64,000 nt of DNA, from assembly GCA_027593235.1 (NCBI GenBank), contig JAQCIU010000003.1:32001-96000 (forward strand). The letters are read 5' to 3'. The position numbers were made by a program, and so were the translations under genes. Below, one piece after another: positions 36,102 through 48,467 of this stretch (position 1 is the stretch's first letter; each line of letters begins with the position of its first letter). The notes under the pieces were generated by a model. That model saw only the letters and a program-made list of their open reading frames with translations, did no database searches and was not told where the DNA came from. The DNA is from Chloroflexota bacterium (GTDB lineage Bacteria; Chloroflexota; Dehalococcoidia; UBA2979).

Positions 36102-38330
36102 CTACGCGTGCGTCATCTGATGATGCGCCTCGGCGGTGGCGGGTGCCGCGATCGCCGCGGGTGTCAGCACGACGCGGCGGAGGAGCTGCGCGTTGAGCGC
36201 GACGATCACTGTGGAGAGGCTCATCAGCAGCGCGGCAACGGCGGGCGGCAGGATGAAGCCCCACGGCGCGAGTACGCCGGCGGCGAGCGGGATCGCGAAG
36301 ATGTTGTAGCCGGCGGCCCAGACGAGGTTCTGGATCATCTTCCGGTAGCTGGCGCGGGAGAGCCGGATGGCGGTCACGACGCCCCGCGGATCGTCCGAGG
36401 CGAGCACGATGCCCGCCGACTGAATCGCCACGTCCGTGCCGGCGCCGATCGCGATGCCGATGTCGGCGCGGGCGAGTGCGGGCGCGTCGTTCACGCCGTC
36501 GCCGACCATCGCGACGGTGAGGCCGCGCGCCTGGAGTTCGCGAACCGCGCGGTCCTTGTCTTCCGGGAGCACTTCGGCGAACACCTCGTCGATGCCGAGT
36601 TCGGCGGCGACGGCGTTCGCGACGGCACGCGAGTCGCCGGTGATCATCCCGACGCGGACGCCGAGGCGGTGTAGTTCCGCGACGGCCGCTCGCGACTCGG
36701 AGCGGATCTCGTCCTCGAGGGCCAACGCGCCGATCACCTGACCGGCGCGGACGACGTGGAGCACGGTCGCGCCGCGGGCTTCCCACGGCGCGGTGGCCTC
36801 GAGGAGTGCGGCGGGAACCGCGAAGCCGCTGTCGCGGAGGAGTGCGGGGCCGCCGACGTGGGCCTCGACACCGTCGACGATGGCGCGTGCGCCGCGACCG
36901 GCGTCGGCGCGGAAGTCGGCGGCGGCAGGGATTGGGCCGCGCTCACGCGCGGCAGTGACGATCGCCCTCGCGAGCGGGTGCTCAGAGTCGGACTCGACCG
37001 CTCCGGCGAGTGCGAAGAGCGCGTCCTCGTCACCGTCGAGCGCGTGCGCGCTGGTCACGACGTGGTTGCCGGCGGTGAGCGTGCCGGTCTTGTCGAACAG
37101 CACCGCCTGGACGTTGCGCATGCGTTCGAGGGCGATCCGGTCCTTCACTAGCAGGCCGTTGCGGGCGGAGAGTCCGGTCGCGAGTGCGATCACGAGCGGG
37201 ATGGCGAGCCCGAGTGCGTGGGGGCAGGCGATCACCAGCACGCCGACCATCTGGATGACGCCGCGGCCGGGGTTGCCCGCGATGCTCCAGGCGATCAGGG
37301 TGACGAGCCCGGCGACGACGGCGACGTAGAAGAGGAGCGCAGCCGCGCGATCAGCGAGGGCCTGCGCGCGTGAGCGCGATGCCTGGGCGTCGCGAACCAT
37401 CCGCTCGATGCCCGCGAGCGCGGTGTCGTCGCCGACGGCGACGACACGGACGCGGACGGCGGTCCCGGCGACGACGGCGCTTGCGACGACGCGGTCACCG
37501 ACGCCGCGGAGGACGGGGCGAGACTCGCCCGTGAGCATCGATTCGTCGAACTCGGCCTCGCCCTCGACGATCTCGCCGTCGGCCGGGACGCCGGCGCCGG
37601 GGCGCACGAGGACGACGTCGCCGGTCACCAGTTCGTGCGCGGCGACGGTGCGGGTGCCCTCGGGTGTGACGAGCTCAGCCTCGTCGGGGAGGAGCGCGGC
37701 GAGCGCCTCGAGGGCGCCGCTCGCCTGTCCGAGGGCGCGCATCTCCTGCCAGTGGCCGAAGAGCATGACGACGATCAGGCCGGCGAGTTCCCACCAGAAC
37801 TCCAGCTCGAAGACCTCGAAGAGGCTGAGCACGCTGGCGACGAACGCGACGCTGATCGCCATCGAGATCAGCGACATCATCCCGGGGCGGCGATCCTGCA
37901 CCTCGCCCCAGCCACCGCGGAGGAAGACGGGGCCCCCGTAGACGAAGATCGCCGTCCCGAAGATGGCCGGGATGAACCGGTCGCCCTGGAACTCGGGCGT
38001 GGAGAAGTGCAGCCAGCCCTGGATGGTTTCACTGAAGATGAAGACCGGGATCGACAGCAGCAGCGTGCCCCAGAAGCGGCGCCGGAAGATCTCGCCGTGC
38101 GCGCCATGGCCGGCATGCCGGTCGTGCCCTGCGTGACCGCCGGGGGCACTCTGCTCATTCGGAGCAGCGTGTCCTGCATGGGCGTCCGTGCCGGACACGG
38201 ACCCGTGACCGCCATCGGCGGCGTCGCTCATCGGCATCGCGTGGCCGTCGTGCGTGGCGTGATCGGTCGCTGCCTCGGGGGATTCAGGGTCAGGCGGCGC
38301 GGTCATGTGCGCGCTGTGATCGTTTGCCAT
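36102..38330 (-). CDS. copB: Copper-translocating P1B-3 ATPase (CopB-type)
   Basis: His-rich N-terminus, TGES, CPHALGLA, DKTGT, HP, GDGVNDAP. Confidence 0.9.
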   Translation of the reverse strand: MANDHSAHMTAPPDPESPEAATDHATHDGHAMPMSDAADGGHGSVSGTDAHAGHAAPNEQSAPGGHAGHDRHAGHGAHGEIFRRRFWGTLLLSIPVFIFSETIQGWLHFSTPEFQGDRFIPAIFGTAIFVYGGPVFLRGGWGEVQDRRPGMMSLISMAISVAFVASVLSLFEVFELEFWWELAGLIVVMLFGHWQEMRALGQASGALEALAALLPDEAELVTPEGTRTVAAHELVTGDVVLVRPGAGVPADGEIVEGEAEFDESMLTGESRPVLRGVGDRVVASAVVAGTAVRVRVVAVGDDTALAGIERMVRDAQASRSRAQALADRAAALLFYVAVVAGLVTLIAWSIAGNPGRGVIQMVGVLVIACPHALGLAIPLVIALATGLSARNGLLVKDRIALERMRNVQAVLFDKTGTLTAGNHVVTSAHALDGDEDALFALAGAVESDSEHPLARAIVTAARERGPIPAAADFRADAGRGARAIVDGVEAHVGGPALLRDSGFAVPAALLEATAPWEARGATVLHVVRAGQVIGALALEDEIRSESRAAVAELHRLGVRVGMITGDSRAVANAVAAELGIDEVFAEVLPEDKDRAVRELQARGLTVAMVGDGVNDAPALARADIGIAIGAGTDVAIQSAGIVLASDDPRGVVTAIRLSRASYRKMIQNLVWAAGYNIFAIPLAAGVLAPWGFILPPAVAALLMSLSTVIVALNAQLLRRVVLTPAAIAAPATAEAHHQMTHA

Positions 38331-38381
38331 GGGATGTCTCCAAGGCCTCCCGTGTCAGGTGGTCTCCTCGTCTCGAAGGCC

Positions 38382-38398
38382 ACCCCCCGGGGAGGGGT
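38382..38398. promoter_or_regulatory. Possible CsoR-type operator upstream of the Cu ATPase
   Basis: ACCCC-N7-GGGGT C/G-tract palindrome about 52 bp before the ATG. Confidence 0.4.
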
Positions 38399-38464
38399 TT
38401 ACTCATACGACAGTATCACCTCGGTCAAGCGCTGTTTCAGCGGGATCTCGCGCAGACGGGGCGG

Positions 38465-38863
38465 CTATTCGATGCCGGCGGCTCGTTGTTCGGCGCGCAC
38501 GAAGTCGACGATCGCCTGGATCTGCTCGTCGCTCAGGCCCTCGACGGGCGGCATGTTGCCGAAGTTCCAGTGATGCGAGCGGGCGCCGGTCTTCGCGGCG
38601 AGGAAGAACGCGGCGTCGGAGTGGTGTCCCGCGCGGTAGATCGCGTCGAGGAACGGCGGTCCCTGGTCCGTGCCGTTGAGGTCGGTGCCGTGACAGGCGG
38701 CGCAGGCCTGCTGGAACAGGGCGGCCCCGTCGGTGCCCTCGAAGGTGCGTGCTGGCGCGGCGTCCTCGTCGCCGCCGCCGCATGCGACGCTCGCGGCGAG
38801 TGCAGCGGCGAGGGCGACCGCAGCGAGGATTAGCAGTCGGGGGGAGCTATTCGTTCGCGGCAA
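38465..38863 (-). CDS. Monoheme cytochrome c lipoprotein
   Basis: TTG after GAGGAG; lipobox SVAC; CAACHG; distal Met in NMPP. Confidence 0.85.
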   Translation of the reverse strand: MPRTNSSPRLLILAAVALAAALAASVACGGGDEDAAPARTFEGTDGAALFQQACAACHGTDLNGTDQGPPFLDAIYRAGHHSDAAFFLAAKTGARSHHWNFGNMPPVEGLSDEQIQAIVDFVRAEQRAAGIE

Positions 38864-39152
38864 GATCCAGCTCCTCGTAGTGCTCGACCGTCGGGAACGG
38901 GTCGTAGAAACGGTGCAGTAGCTCGCGCCAGCGTCCGTACTACGCGGAGCCACGGAAGCCCTCGGTGTGGGCCTCGAGCGTTTCCCACTCGGCGAGCAGG
39001 AGGTAGCGGGAGTCCGCCTCGATGCAGCGCAGCAGGCGGTGGTTCAGGTAGCCGGGCATCGAGGAGATGATCGCCTGCGCCTCGGAGAACGCGGCTTCGA
39101 ATGCGGCCTGCTGGCCTGGGCGCACGTCGAGGACGGCCTGTTCGAGGATCAC
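38847..39152 (-). pseudogene. Antibiotic biosynthesis monooxygenase (ABM) family gene with in-frame TAG
   Basis: ...HTEGFRGSA*YGRWRELLHRFYDPFPTVEHY...; the frame continues with family-typical sequence past the TAG at 38940-38942. Confidence 0.75.
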
Positions 39153-39185
39153 GTGCGTGCCTTTCGAGGTGGGCGGCCCATGCGG

Positions 39186-40760
39186 CTAGAGGCCGTAGTC
39201 GCCCGGCTGGGTGCGAATGAACTCGCCGATCCGCTCGCCGATCATGATGCTCGTGAGGTTGGTGTTCGCCCTCGGTACCTCGGGGGTGATCGAGGCGTCG
39301 GCGACGACGAGGCCATCGACGGCGTGGACGCGTCCGTACTGATCGACGACGGCGTCGGGGTCGGTGGCGGGGCCCATCTTCGAGGTGCCGCAGGGGTGGT
39401 AGCCGGAGCGGGCGGTGCGGCGAAGCATCGAGGCGATGTCGTCGTCCGAGGGGTTCGCGGTTTCGGGCACGAGGATCTCGGCGATGTAGTCCGCCATCGG
39501 CTTCGCGTGGGCGAAGGTGAGGCAGTCGCGGTAGTTGGCGACGAGGCGGAGGGTGTCGCGATCGTCCTCGCAGAAGTGCTGCGCGACGACCGGTTGGGCG
39601 TGCGGGTCGGCTGATTCGAGGCGGACGCCGCCGCGGCCATACGACTGTTCGAGGACGGCGGCGATCGAGAAGATGCCGGGCACGTCCTCGCGCTGCGACC
39701 AGGTGAGCAGCTCGATCTGCAGGTCGTTGCGGTGCTCCGGGTAGAGCGGGCTCGGCGGTGCGGTGTAGCGGGTGATCGTCTGGATCAGCGGAAAGTCTTG
39801 CGAGGCGACGGCGATGTCCTTCGCGCGCACCTGGACCGTCGCCATCGGGTGGTCGCAGAGGTTGGCGCCGACGCCGGGGACGTCTGCCACCACCTCGATG
39901 CCGAGCGCTTCGAGGTCGCGCCGGGGGCCGATGCCGGAGCGCCAGATGATCGGCGGGGTCTGGATGGCGCCGCCGCTGACGACGATCAGCTTTGCCTCGA
40001 TACGGCGGACTTCGCCGTCGATCTCGACGTCGACCGCGGTGGCCCGTTTGCCCTCGAAGACGACGCGGTGGAGGTGGGCGTTGCCCTGGATGCGAAGGTT
40101 CTCGCGGGCGCGCGCGGGCGCGAGGTAGCCGATGGCGGTCGAGACGCGGAGGCGGCCGAGCTTGTTCATCGGCTGCGGGCCGGTACCCCAGCCGTGCGGG
40201 TCGTTCTGGTCGTCGCAGTCGGGGTACCCGAGGGCGCGCGACGTTTCGATGTAGGCCTGGTGCGTCTCGGTCAGCTCGTCCCAGGGGTGGCGGCGGATGG
40301 TGATCGGACCGGCGTCACCGTGGAAGTCGGCGTCGCCGTAGTCGAGGTCGCGCTCCAGCCGCTTGAAGGCTGGCAGCACCTTGTCCCAGGTCCACTCGGG
40401 GCTGCCGAGGTCAGCCCAGCCGTCGTAGTCCTCGGGGACGCCGCGGAGGGCGATCGCGGTGTTGACCGCGCTGGAGCCGCCGGTGACCCGGCCGCGCGGG
40501 AACGGCGTGAGCGGGAACTCGGCGGTCGGCTGGTACTCGTGCTTCCAGTCGTGGTCCTCGATCGAGTTGTGGTCGCCGTTGACGAGGTCCTCGGGGGTCT
40601 CGTCGACGCGGGAGTAGTCGGGACCGGCATCGAGCAGGAGGACGCTGCGACGCGGGTCCTCGGAGACACGGGCGGCGACGACGGATCCGGCAGAGCCGGC
40701 GCCGACGACGATCACGTCGTACTTCGCTTCGAGCGCACCTCGAACGTTCGGGCTAGGCAC
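39186..40760 (-). CDS. GMC oxidoreductase (choline dehydrogenase-like)
   Basis: GAGSAG, RGRVTGGSSAVN, YHPCGT, VADAS..P..PRANTN; start uncertain. Confidence 0.9.
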   Translation of the reverse strand: MPSPNVRGALEAKYDVIVVGAGSAGSVVAARVSEDPRRSVLLLDAGPDYSRVDETPEDLVNGDHNSIEDHDWKHEYQPTAEFPLTPFPRGRVTGGSSAVNTAIALRGVPEDYDGWADLGSPEWTWDKVLPAFKRLERDLDYGDADFHGDAGPITIRRHPWDELTETHQAYIETSRALGYPDCDDQNDPHGWGTGPQPMNKLGRLRVSTAIGYLAPARARENLRIQGNAHLHRVVFEGKRATAVDVEIDGEVRRIEAKLIVVSGGAIQTPPIIWRSGIGPRRDLEALGIEVVADVPGVGANLCDHPMATVQVRAKDIAVASQDFPLIQTITRYTAPPSPLYPEHRNDLQIELLTWSQREDVPGIFSIAAVLEQSYGRGGVRLESADPHAQPVVAQHFCEDDRDTLRLVANYRDCLTFAHAKPMADYIAEILVPETANPSDDDIASMLRRTARSGYHPCGTSKMGPATDPDAVVDQYGRVHAVDGLVVADASITPEVPRANTNLTSIMIGERIGEFIRTQPGDYGL

Positions 40761-41646
40761 GCGGCGGGTCACCCTCGAAGACATCGTAGCGGTAGGCGGA
40801 GCCGTCGCGGCGGAAGTAGCCGGTGGCGGGCGTGTGGAAGTGGGTGCCGAGCACGACGACGTCGGTGTCGGCGTAGCGCTCGAGGAGCGCGAGTCGGGCG
40901 GCCCGCGCCTCCTCGATGAAGCTGTCGAGCGGCGGGCGCTGCTCGGGCGCTGCGCACTGGATCGGGCTGTGCATGACGTCGCCGATGATGACGGCCTCCT
41001 GGCCCGCCGAGCCGATGCGGACGCAAACGTGGCCGGGCGTGTGGCCGTGGCTCGGCTCTAGCCACACCGAGTCGCTGACGCGGTGGTCGGCGGGAACGAG
41101 GTCGACCACGCCGGCCTCGACGACCGGGCGGACGCTGTCCTCGATGATGTCGGGTGGCTCCGGGAGCTGGCCCCAGTAGTTCCACTCGGGCTCGGCGAAC
41201 TGGTAGCGCGCGTTCTCGAAGGTTGGTACCCAGCCGCCATCGACCCACTTCGTGTTCCAGCCGGCGTGGTCGCCGTGCATGTGGGTGTTCAGCACCACGT
41301 CGACGCTCTCGGCGGGCGCGCCCGCCTCGGCGAGGTCGTCGAGGTACGGCCCGTTGCGCATGTGCCAGCCGTCGAAGCCGCCGCCCGCGCGGTCCTTGTC
41401 GTTGCCGATGCCGGTGTCGACGACGATGCGCATGCCGTCGGCCTCGATCACCCAGCTATGGATCGACTGCAGGATGTGGCCGCGCTCGTTGAGCATGTGC
41501 GGCTCCAGCCACGGCCGGGCGGCCTCGAGAATGTCGAACGGCGCCTCGTGATCCGGGAACATCCACTTCGCCGAGGTAGGCATGACCAGCTCCTCGACGA
41601 GTGTCAGCTTCACGTCGCCGATGTGGATGGTGTTGCGGACGGGCAT
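40753..41646 (-). CDS. MBL-fold metallo-hydrolase (YtnP-like)
   Basis: VDTGIG, THMHGDHAGWN, GHTPGH, IGDVMH, GTHF. Confidence 0.88.
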   Translation of the reverse strand: MPVRNTIHIGDVKLTLVEELVMPTSAKWMFPDHEAPFDILEAARPWLEPHMLNERGHILQSIHSWVIEADGMRIVVDTGIGNDKDRAGGGFDGWHMRNGPYLDDLAEAGAPAESVDVVLNTHMHGDHAGWNTKWVDGGWVPTFENARYQFAEPEWNYWGQLPEPPDIIEDSVRPVVEAGVVDLVPADHRVSDSVWLEPSHGHTPGHVCVRIGSAGQEAVIIGDVMHSPIQCAAPEQRPPLDSFIEEARAARLALLERYADTDVVVLGTHFHTPATGYFRRDGSAYRYDVFEGDPPRA

Positions 41647-41814
41647 GGCGCGCTCCTCGTGTGGTGCGCGTGCACGGTACGAGTCCAACCATCCCCAGGG
41701 CCAGCAGAGCCTCCGACGTGCCGTATTGATTTGTGGTTCTCAGCAATTAGTACGCTCGTCTGCGCGTCACACGTAGACTCACGAGAGACACACCAAGGCG
41801 GCAAGGAGCGTCCG

Positions 41815-42198
41815 ATGAGTGCTCGATCTGAACGAGCCGAAGCCATCCTCGACGCGTGCGATCTCACGCCCACGAAACGAGGAGCGGCCAGCGGGGAGTA
41901 TCGCCGGACAGAGGACTTCGCGGACCGAGTCCGCTACGTAGCGATGACGTTCCTGCGCAGAAAGATGGATGGATTCGGAGTTCAGTTCTACGGAGCCGAT
42001 GCCGTATCGCGGGGGAGTGTGTTCGAGGATCAGCTGCGCACGATCGGTATCAGCAGGCGCGGACACCGGAACAACCAACTAACGCTCGTCTGCGAAGTCC
42101 CCTGGCGTGGTGGTGACGTGGATGCCGCTCAACTGGCCCTACTCAAGTGGGCGGCGGCTGGGATTGTCACCGGTGCGCTGGCGCGCCTAGATCAGTAA
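41815..42198 (+). CDS. Hypothetical protein (127 aa)
   Basis: AAGGAG RBS, fills the intergenic gap, lower GC. Confidence 0.55.
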   Translation: MSARSERAEAILDACDLTPTKRGAASGEYRRTEDFADRVRYVAMTFLRRKMDGFGVQFYGADAVSRGSVFEDQLRTIGISRRGHRNNQLTLVCEVPWRGGDVDAAQLALLKWAAAGIVTGALARLDQ

Positions 42199-42305
42199 GT
42201 CCGCTTGGCTTACGGCCGTGGGTGACGCCGGCGTTCTCGATCTTCCCGAGTTACCTGCCGGCAGGCCGCGTGCCGCCGCACTGACGCCGCGCCAGACGCC
42301 CGCGC

Positions 42306-42731
42306 CTAACGAATCGTCCGCAACCGCACGAGGTGAATCGTCACCCCGGTTGCGATCGCGGCGAGGACGGCGGCGAGCCAGATCGGCGCGTCGATCCAGT
42401 AGGCGGCGGCGCCGATGCCCACCCAGAGGAAGGCGATGCTCACGACCTTCGTTCGGACCGTCGCGCCGCGTTCTTCCTGGTAGTTGCGCAGATACCGCCC
42501 GAACAGGCGGTTTGTCATGAGCCAGCGGTAGGCACGTTCTGAGCTGCGCCCGTAGCAGGCCGCGGCGATGAGCAGGAAGACCGTGGTCGGGAGCAGCGGC
42601 AGGAAGATGCCGAGCACGCCGATTCCCACGAACAGGGTCCCCGTGCCTAGGAGGAGCGCGCGAATTGGCCACGCCAGGGGGCGCTGAGCAGCCGTTTCCA
42701 AATCTCGGACAGGAGCTGCCATTTCTGCCAT
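42306..42731 (-). CDS. YbaN/DUF454 inner membrane protein
   Basis: GIFLPLLPTTVFLLIAAACYGRSSER...WL. Confidence 0.88.
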   Translation of the reverse strand: MAEMAAPVRDLETAAQRPLAWPIRALLLGTGTLFVGIGVLGIFLPLLPTTVFLLIAAACYGRSSERAYRWLMTNRLFGRYLRNYQEERGATVRTKVVSIAFLWVGIGAAAYWIDAPIWLAAVLAAIATGVTIHLVRLRTIR

Positions 42732-42871
42732 TCCCGCAGCGCGCACGGTCTGGAACGGGCACCAGGTGGATTGTATCGCGCCCGCGCGCGGCCTCCGTTC
42801 CCGCTGGGGTCTGGGGATGGTCCGACGACGCCGGCGATCCGGGAACGGGCCAACTGACCGTCCGACACAAG

Positions 42872-42903
42872 ACAGCCCGGGGCGCATTCGTGCCCCGGGC
42901 TGT
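42872..42903 (-). terminator. Hairpin downstream of clpB
   Basis: acagcccggggcgc-attc-gtgccccgggctgt. Confidence 0.6.
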
Positions 42904-42925
42904 GCGTGGCGGTGTTTCGCTGCTC

Positions 42926-45580
<2,655 letters not shown>

Positions 45581-45605
45581 GTGATCTACCTTCATCGTGT
45601 GATGA

Positions 45606-45630
45606 TATATGAGTGTGTACCACTCAGATA
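45606..45630. promoter_or_regulatory. HAIR-like (HspR) operator upstream of clpB
   Basis: tataTGAGT-gtgtacc-ACTCAgata versus consensus CTTGAGT-N7-ACTCAAG. Confidence 0.7.
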
Positions 45631-45853
45631 ATGGTAGATCGCCCGAAATAGATCAAGGGCCGAATGGCCCGTGCGGCGATAACTGCGGATCCGTGTCGAA
45701 GGGGCGGGGAGGCGAGCCAGCGGAAACTGGCCCAAGAAGCCTGGTCAACGAGGGGAGTGTGGTGGCGGGCGGGCCCAGCCGTTCAGGCGACGATGAGCGG
45801 CTGCATCACCGGAGGCGCCAAGGGGCGGCGTCGCAACCGGTGGGAGGAATGGC

Positions 45854-45883
45854 ATCGGCGCGAGGCGGGTGCCTCGCGCCGAT
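45854..45883. terminator. Perfect 13-bp hairpin downstream of the BON gene
   Basis: atcggcgcgaggc-gggt-gcctcgcgccgat. Confidence 0.55.
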
Positions 45884-45924
45884 TACCGGACAGCGGAGCC
45901 AGGGCAGGGGCCGCTGAGCGAACG

Positions 45925-46242
45925 CTAGGCGGCGGACTCCCCAGGGATACGCAGGAAGTTGTTGATCCGCCGCGTCGGGTGGACGGTGGCCACTACTCGC
46001 TGAACTTCCTTGCGGAGTTCGGCGGTGGGGACCTCGCCCTTCAGCATCGCCATGCCTTCCCAGAGTTCGACCGTCACGGCGCCGACCGGGAGGCCTTCGA
46101 TGCGCTCGATACGGTGGCGGACCATGGCCAGGTGGCCGCGGTCGCCTGGCAGGCGCTCGGTCACGAACCCAGTCACGCTCTTGAGGATTTGTCCCACTCC
46201 ACGACCGGAGGTCTGTGGTGCCATGCCTGCTGCGGATGCCAT
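45925..46242 (-). CDS. Small BON-domain protein
   Basis: VTVELWEGMAMLKGEVPT...V..VHPTRRINNFL; RBS GAGAGG. Confidence 0.7.
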   Translation of the reverse strand: MASAAGMAPQTSGRGVGQILKSVTGFVTERLPGDRGHLAMVRHRIERIEGLPVGAVTVELWEGMAMLKGEVPTAELRKEVQRVVATVHPTRRINNFLRIPGESAA

Positions 46243-46329
46243 CGTGCTGTACCTCTCTCATCGGCTCACGCGATGCGGTCAGTGTGCGGGATGGCGAATT
46301 TGCACTTCGTTTGTGATTGCTTCGAGTTT

Positions 46330-47640
46330 TCACATCGTTCCGTCGTCGACGCCGGGGGTGGTGACCACGGTCGGCACGGCGGTCGACGGGAGCGTCACTT
46401 CGACGCGCAGCCCGCCGCGCGCGCCCTGTCGCGCTACGACGGAGCCGCCGCGGCGTTCCGCGATGGCGCGCACGATCGCGAGGCCGAGGCCGGCGCCGGT
46501 ACCAGGTGCGTGGGATCCGGCCTCGGGGGTGCGTGCTTCGTCGACCTGCGCAAAGCGCTCGAAGATTTTGGGTAGATCGGTGGTCGGGACACCCGGTCCG
46601 TCGTCCTCTACCGCGAGGATCGCCGTCCTCGGATCGTTGCGGCATTCCAGGAAGGCGGTCGTGCCGCGCGGCGTGTGACGCACGACGTTCTCCAAGAGCG
46701 CGCGGACGAGTCTTCGGACCTCGCGTTCGGAGGCGAGCACGGTCGCGGGCGGGAGATCGGTGGCACAGGTGACGCCCGCCTCCTCGAGCCAGGGACGGAG
46801 CCGCGCCAGCTCGTCGCCGGCGACCGCGGAGAGGCTGGTCTGTGGCGCCTGGTTACTCGCGGGCGTGGTGAGGCGCGCGAGTTCGAGCAGTTCGTCGAGC
46901 ACGACGTTTGCTTCCGTAGAGACGCCGTGGATCTCCTGGACCAGTTCGCGCTCGTCGGAGGAGAGGTCGCGACGGAGGAGGAGATCGGCGGCAGTCTGGA
47001 TCACCGCGAGCGGCGAGCGCAGCTCATGCGAGGCATCCGCAACGAACGCCTCCTGCCGCTCGTAGGCGAGCCGCAACGGCCGAATCGATCGCCCCGCGAC
47101 GAGGTGTCCGACGGCCAGGGCAGCGCCAAGGCCGAGCAGCGCGCCGCCCCCGAGGAGCCGCCGCACCAGCCAGAGCCGATCGTCGCGCAGCTCCAGGGAG
47201 CGCCCGGCGATCACGGCGCCGGCGACACGCCCTGACTCGACGACGGGCTCGGCGAGGATGCGGAGCCGCTCATCCTCGGCGGCTACCGTGTGCCAGTCGC
47301 GGCGGCCGACGAGCGCCCGGCGCACGAACTCGCCGAACGGCGCGGCGGGCAGGCGCACGTCCGAGGGGTTCGCAAGCAATTCCCCGTTGTCGTCGTAGAC
47401 GAGCACGAAGACCCCGCCTTCCTCGGCGACCGGATCGGTGCCGCGGTCGACGGTGGGTGCGAGTCGGAGGGGGCCGAGGTCGGCGACGACCGCGTCAACG
47501 GTGGCGCTGATGTCGGCATCGATCTGGGCATCGAGGGTGCGGGCGATCCAGACGTAGCCAAGCAATTCGGAAATCAGCACGGTGCCGAGCAGCACCGCGG
47601 CGGCCCAGAGCGTGATCTGAATCTGCGTGCGGCGGAACAA
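46330..47640 (-). CDS. Sensor histidine kinase
   Basis: ADASHELRSPL, LLENVVRH, EDDGPG, GAGLGLAI. Confidence 0.9.
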   Translation of the reverse strand: MFRRTQIQITLWAAAVLLGTVLISELLGYVWIARTLDAQIDADISATVDAVVADLGPLRLAPTVDRGTDPVAEEGGVFVLVYDDNGELLANPSDVRLPAAPFGEFVRRALVGRRDWHTVAAEDERLRILAEPVVESGRVAGAVIAGRSLELRDDRLWLVRRLLGGGALLGLGAALAVGHLVAGRSIRPLRLAYERQEAFVADASHELRSPLAVIQTAADLLLRRDLSSDERELVQEIHGVSTEANVVLDELLELARLTTPASNQAPQTSLSAVAGDELARLRPWLEEAGVTCATDLPPATVLASEREVRRLVRALLENVVRHTPRGTTAFLECRNDPRTAILAVEDDGPGVPTTDLPKIFERFAQVDEARTPEAGSHAPGTGAGLGLAIVRAIAERRGGSVVARQGARGGLRVEVTLPSTAVPTVVTTPGVDDGTM

Positions 47641-48309
47641 CTACAGGTCCGTGACTTCCAGCCGATAGCCGATGCCGCGCACGGTGCGTAGCGGCAAGTC
47701 ATCGCCAAGCCGCCGTCGCAGGTAGTGCACGTACTGATCGACGGCGTTTGCCTCCGGCTCCTCCGCGTAGCCCCAGACCTGTGCGCGGATGCGCTGGCGC
47801 GAGAGTGCTTCGTTCGGATGACGCAGGAAGAGTTCCAGCATGCGGAACTCCGTCGGCGACAGTTCCACGGGTCTGCCGTCCTGTCGCACCTCGTGGCGGG
47901 GCAGGTCGATCGTGATCGCGCCGACGGCCAGGCGAGTGTCGCTCGGGTCCGGCGGACGCCTGCCGAGCGCGCGCAGACGCGCGAGCAGCTCGTCGAAGGC
48001 GAACGGCTTTGTCAGGTAGTCGTCGGCGCCGGCGTCGAGCCCGCGTACGCGGTCCTCGATGAGGTCGCGGGCGGTCAGCAGCAGGATCGGTGTCATCAGC
48101 TGCAGCCGTCGCAGCTCGCGCACGATCTCCAGGCCGCTGAGGCCAGGCATCATCACGTCGAGGACGAGCACGTCGAACCCGCCCTCGGAGGCGAGTGCGA
48201 GCGCCTCGCCGCCGTCGTGTACGACATCGACGACGTGGCCCTCGGCCTCGAGGCCGCGCTCGAGCAGCCGCGCCATGCGGCGGTCATCCTCGGCAACGAG
48301 TAGGTGCAC
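47641..48309 (-). CDS. OmpR-family response regulator
   Basis: LLVAEDD, LDVMMP, GADDYLTKPF, TVRGIGY; GTG after GGAG. Confidence 0.9.
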   Translation of the reverse strand: MHLLVAEDDRRMARLLERGLEAEGHVVDVVHDGGEALALASEGGFDVLVLDVMMPGLSGLEIVRELRRLQLMTPILLLTARDLIEDRVRGLDAGADDYLTKPFAFDELLARLRALGRRPPDPSDTRLAVGAITIDLPRHEVRQDGRPVELSPTEFRMLELFLRHPNEALSRQRIRAQVWGYAEEPEANAVDQYVHYLRRRLGDDLPLRTVRGIGYRLEVTDL

Positions 48310-48467
48310 GGGCAACTCCAGCGTTCCGTCCGCGAGCACGATGAGCGTAGCGGCTCACCCGCTGAGCGTGGCGGTCGCCCGTCCGATCCGATGGGGAACG
48401 GCTCACCAGGCAGCGACCGGGCCGGGTCATCCTCCTATACCGTGAGCGCGCACGAAGGGGAGACGAG

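Noticed and set aside
39186-40760. GMC oxidoreductase as mycofactocin MftG, linking to the peptide ORF
   Set aside because: No mft genes are nearby and the peptide lacks the IDGxCGVY C-terminus of MftA.
45849-45917. Short ORF after GGGAGGA
   Set aside because: SD-to-ATG spacing is too short, the ORF overlaps a perfect hairpin, and the product is uninformative.
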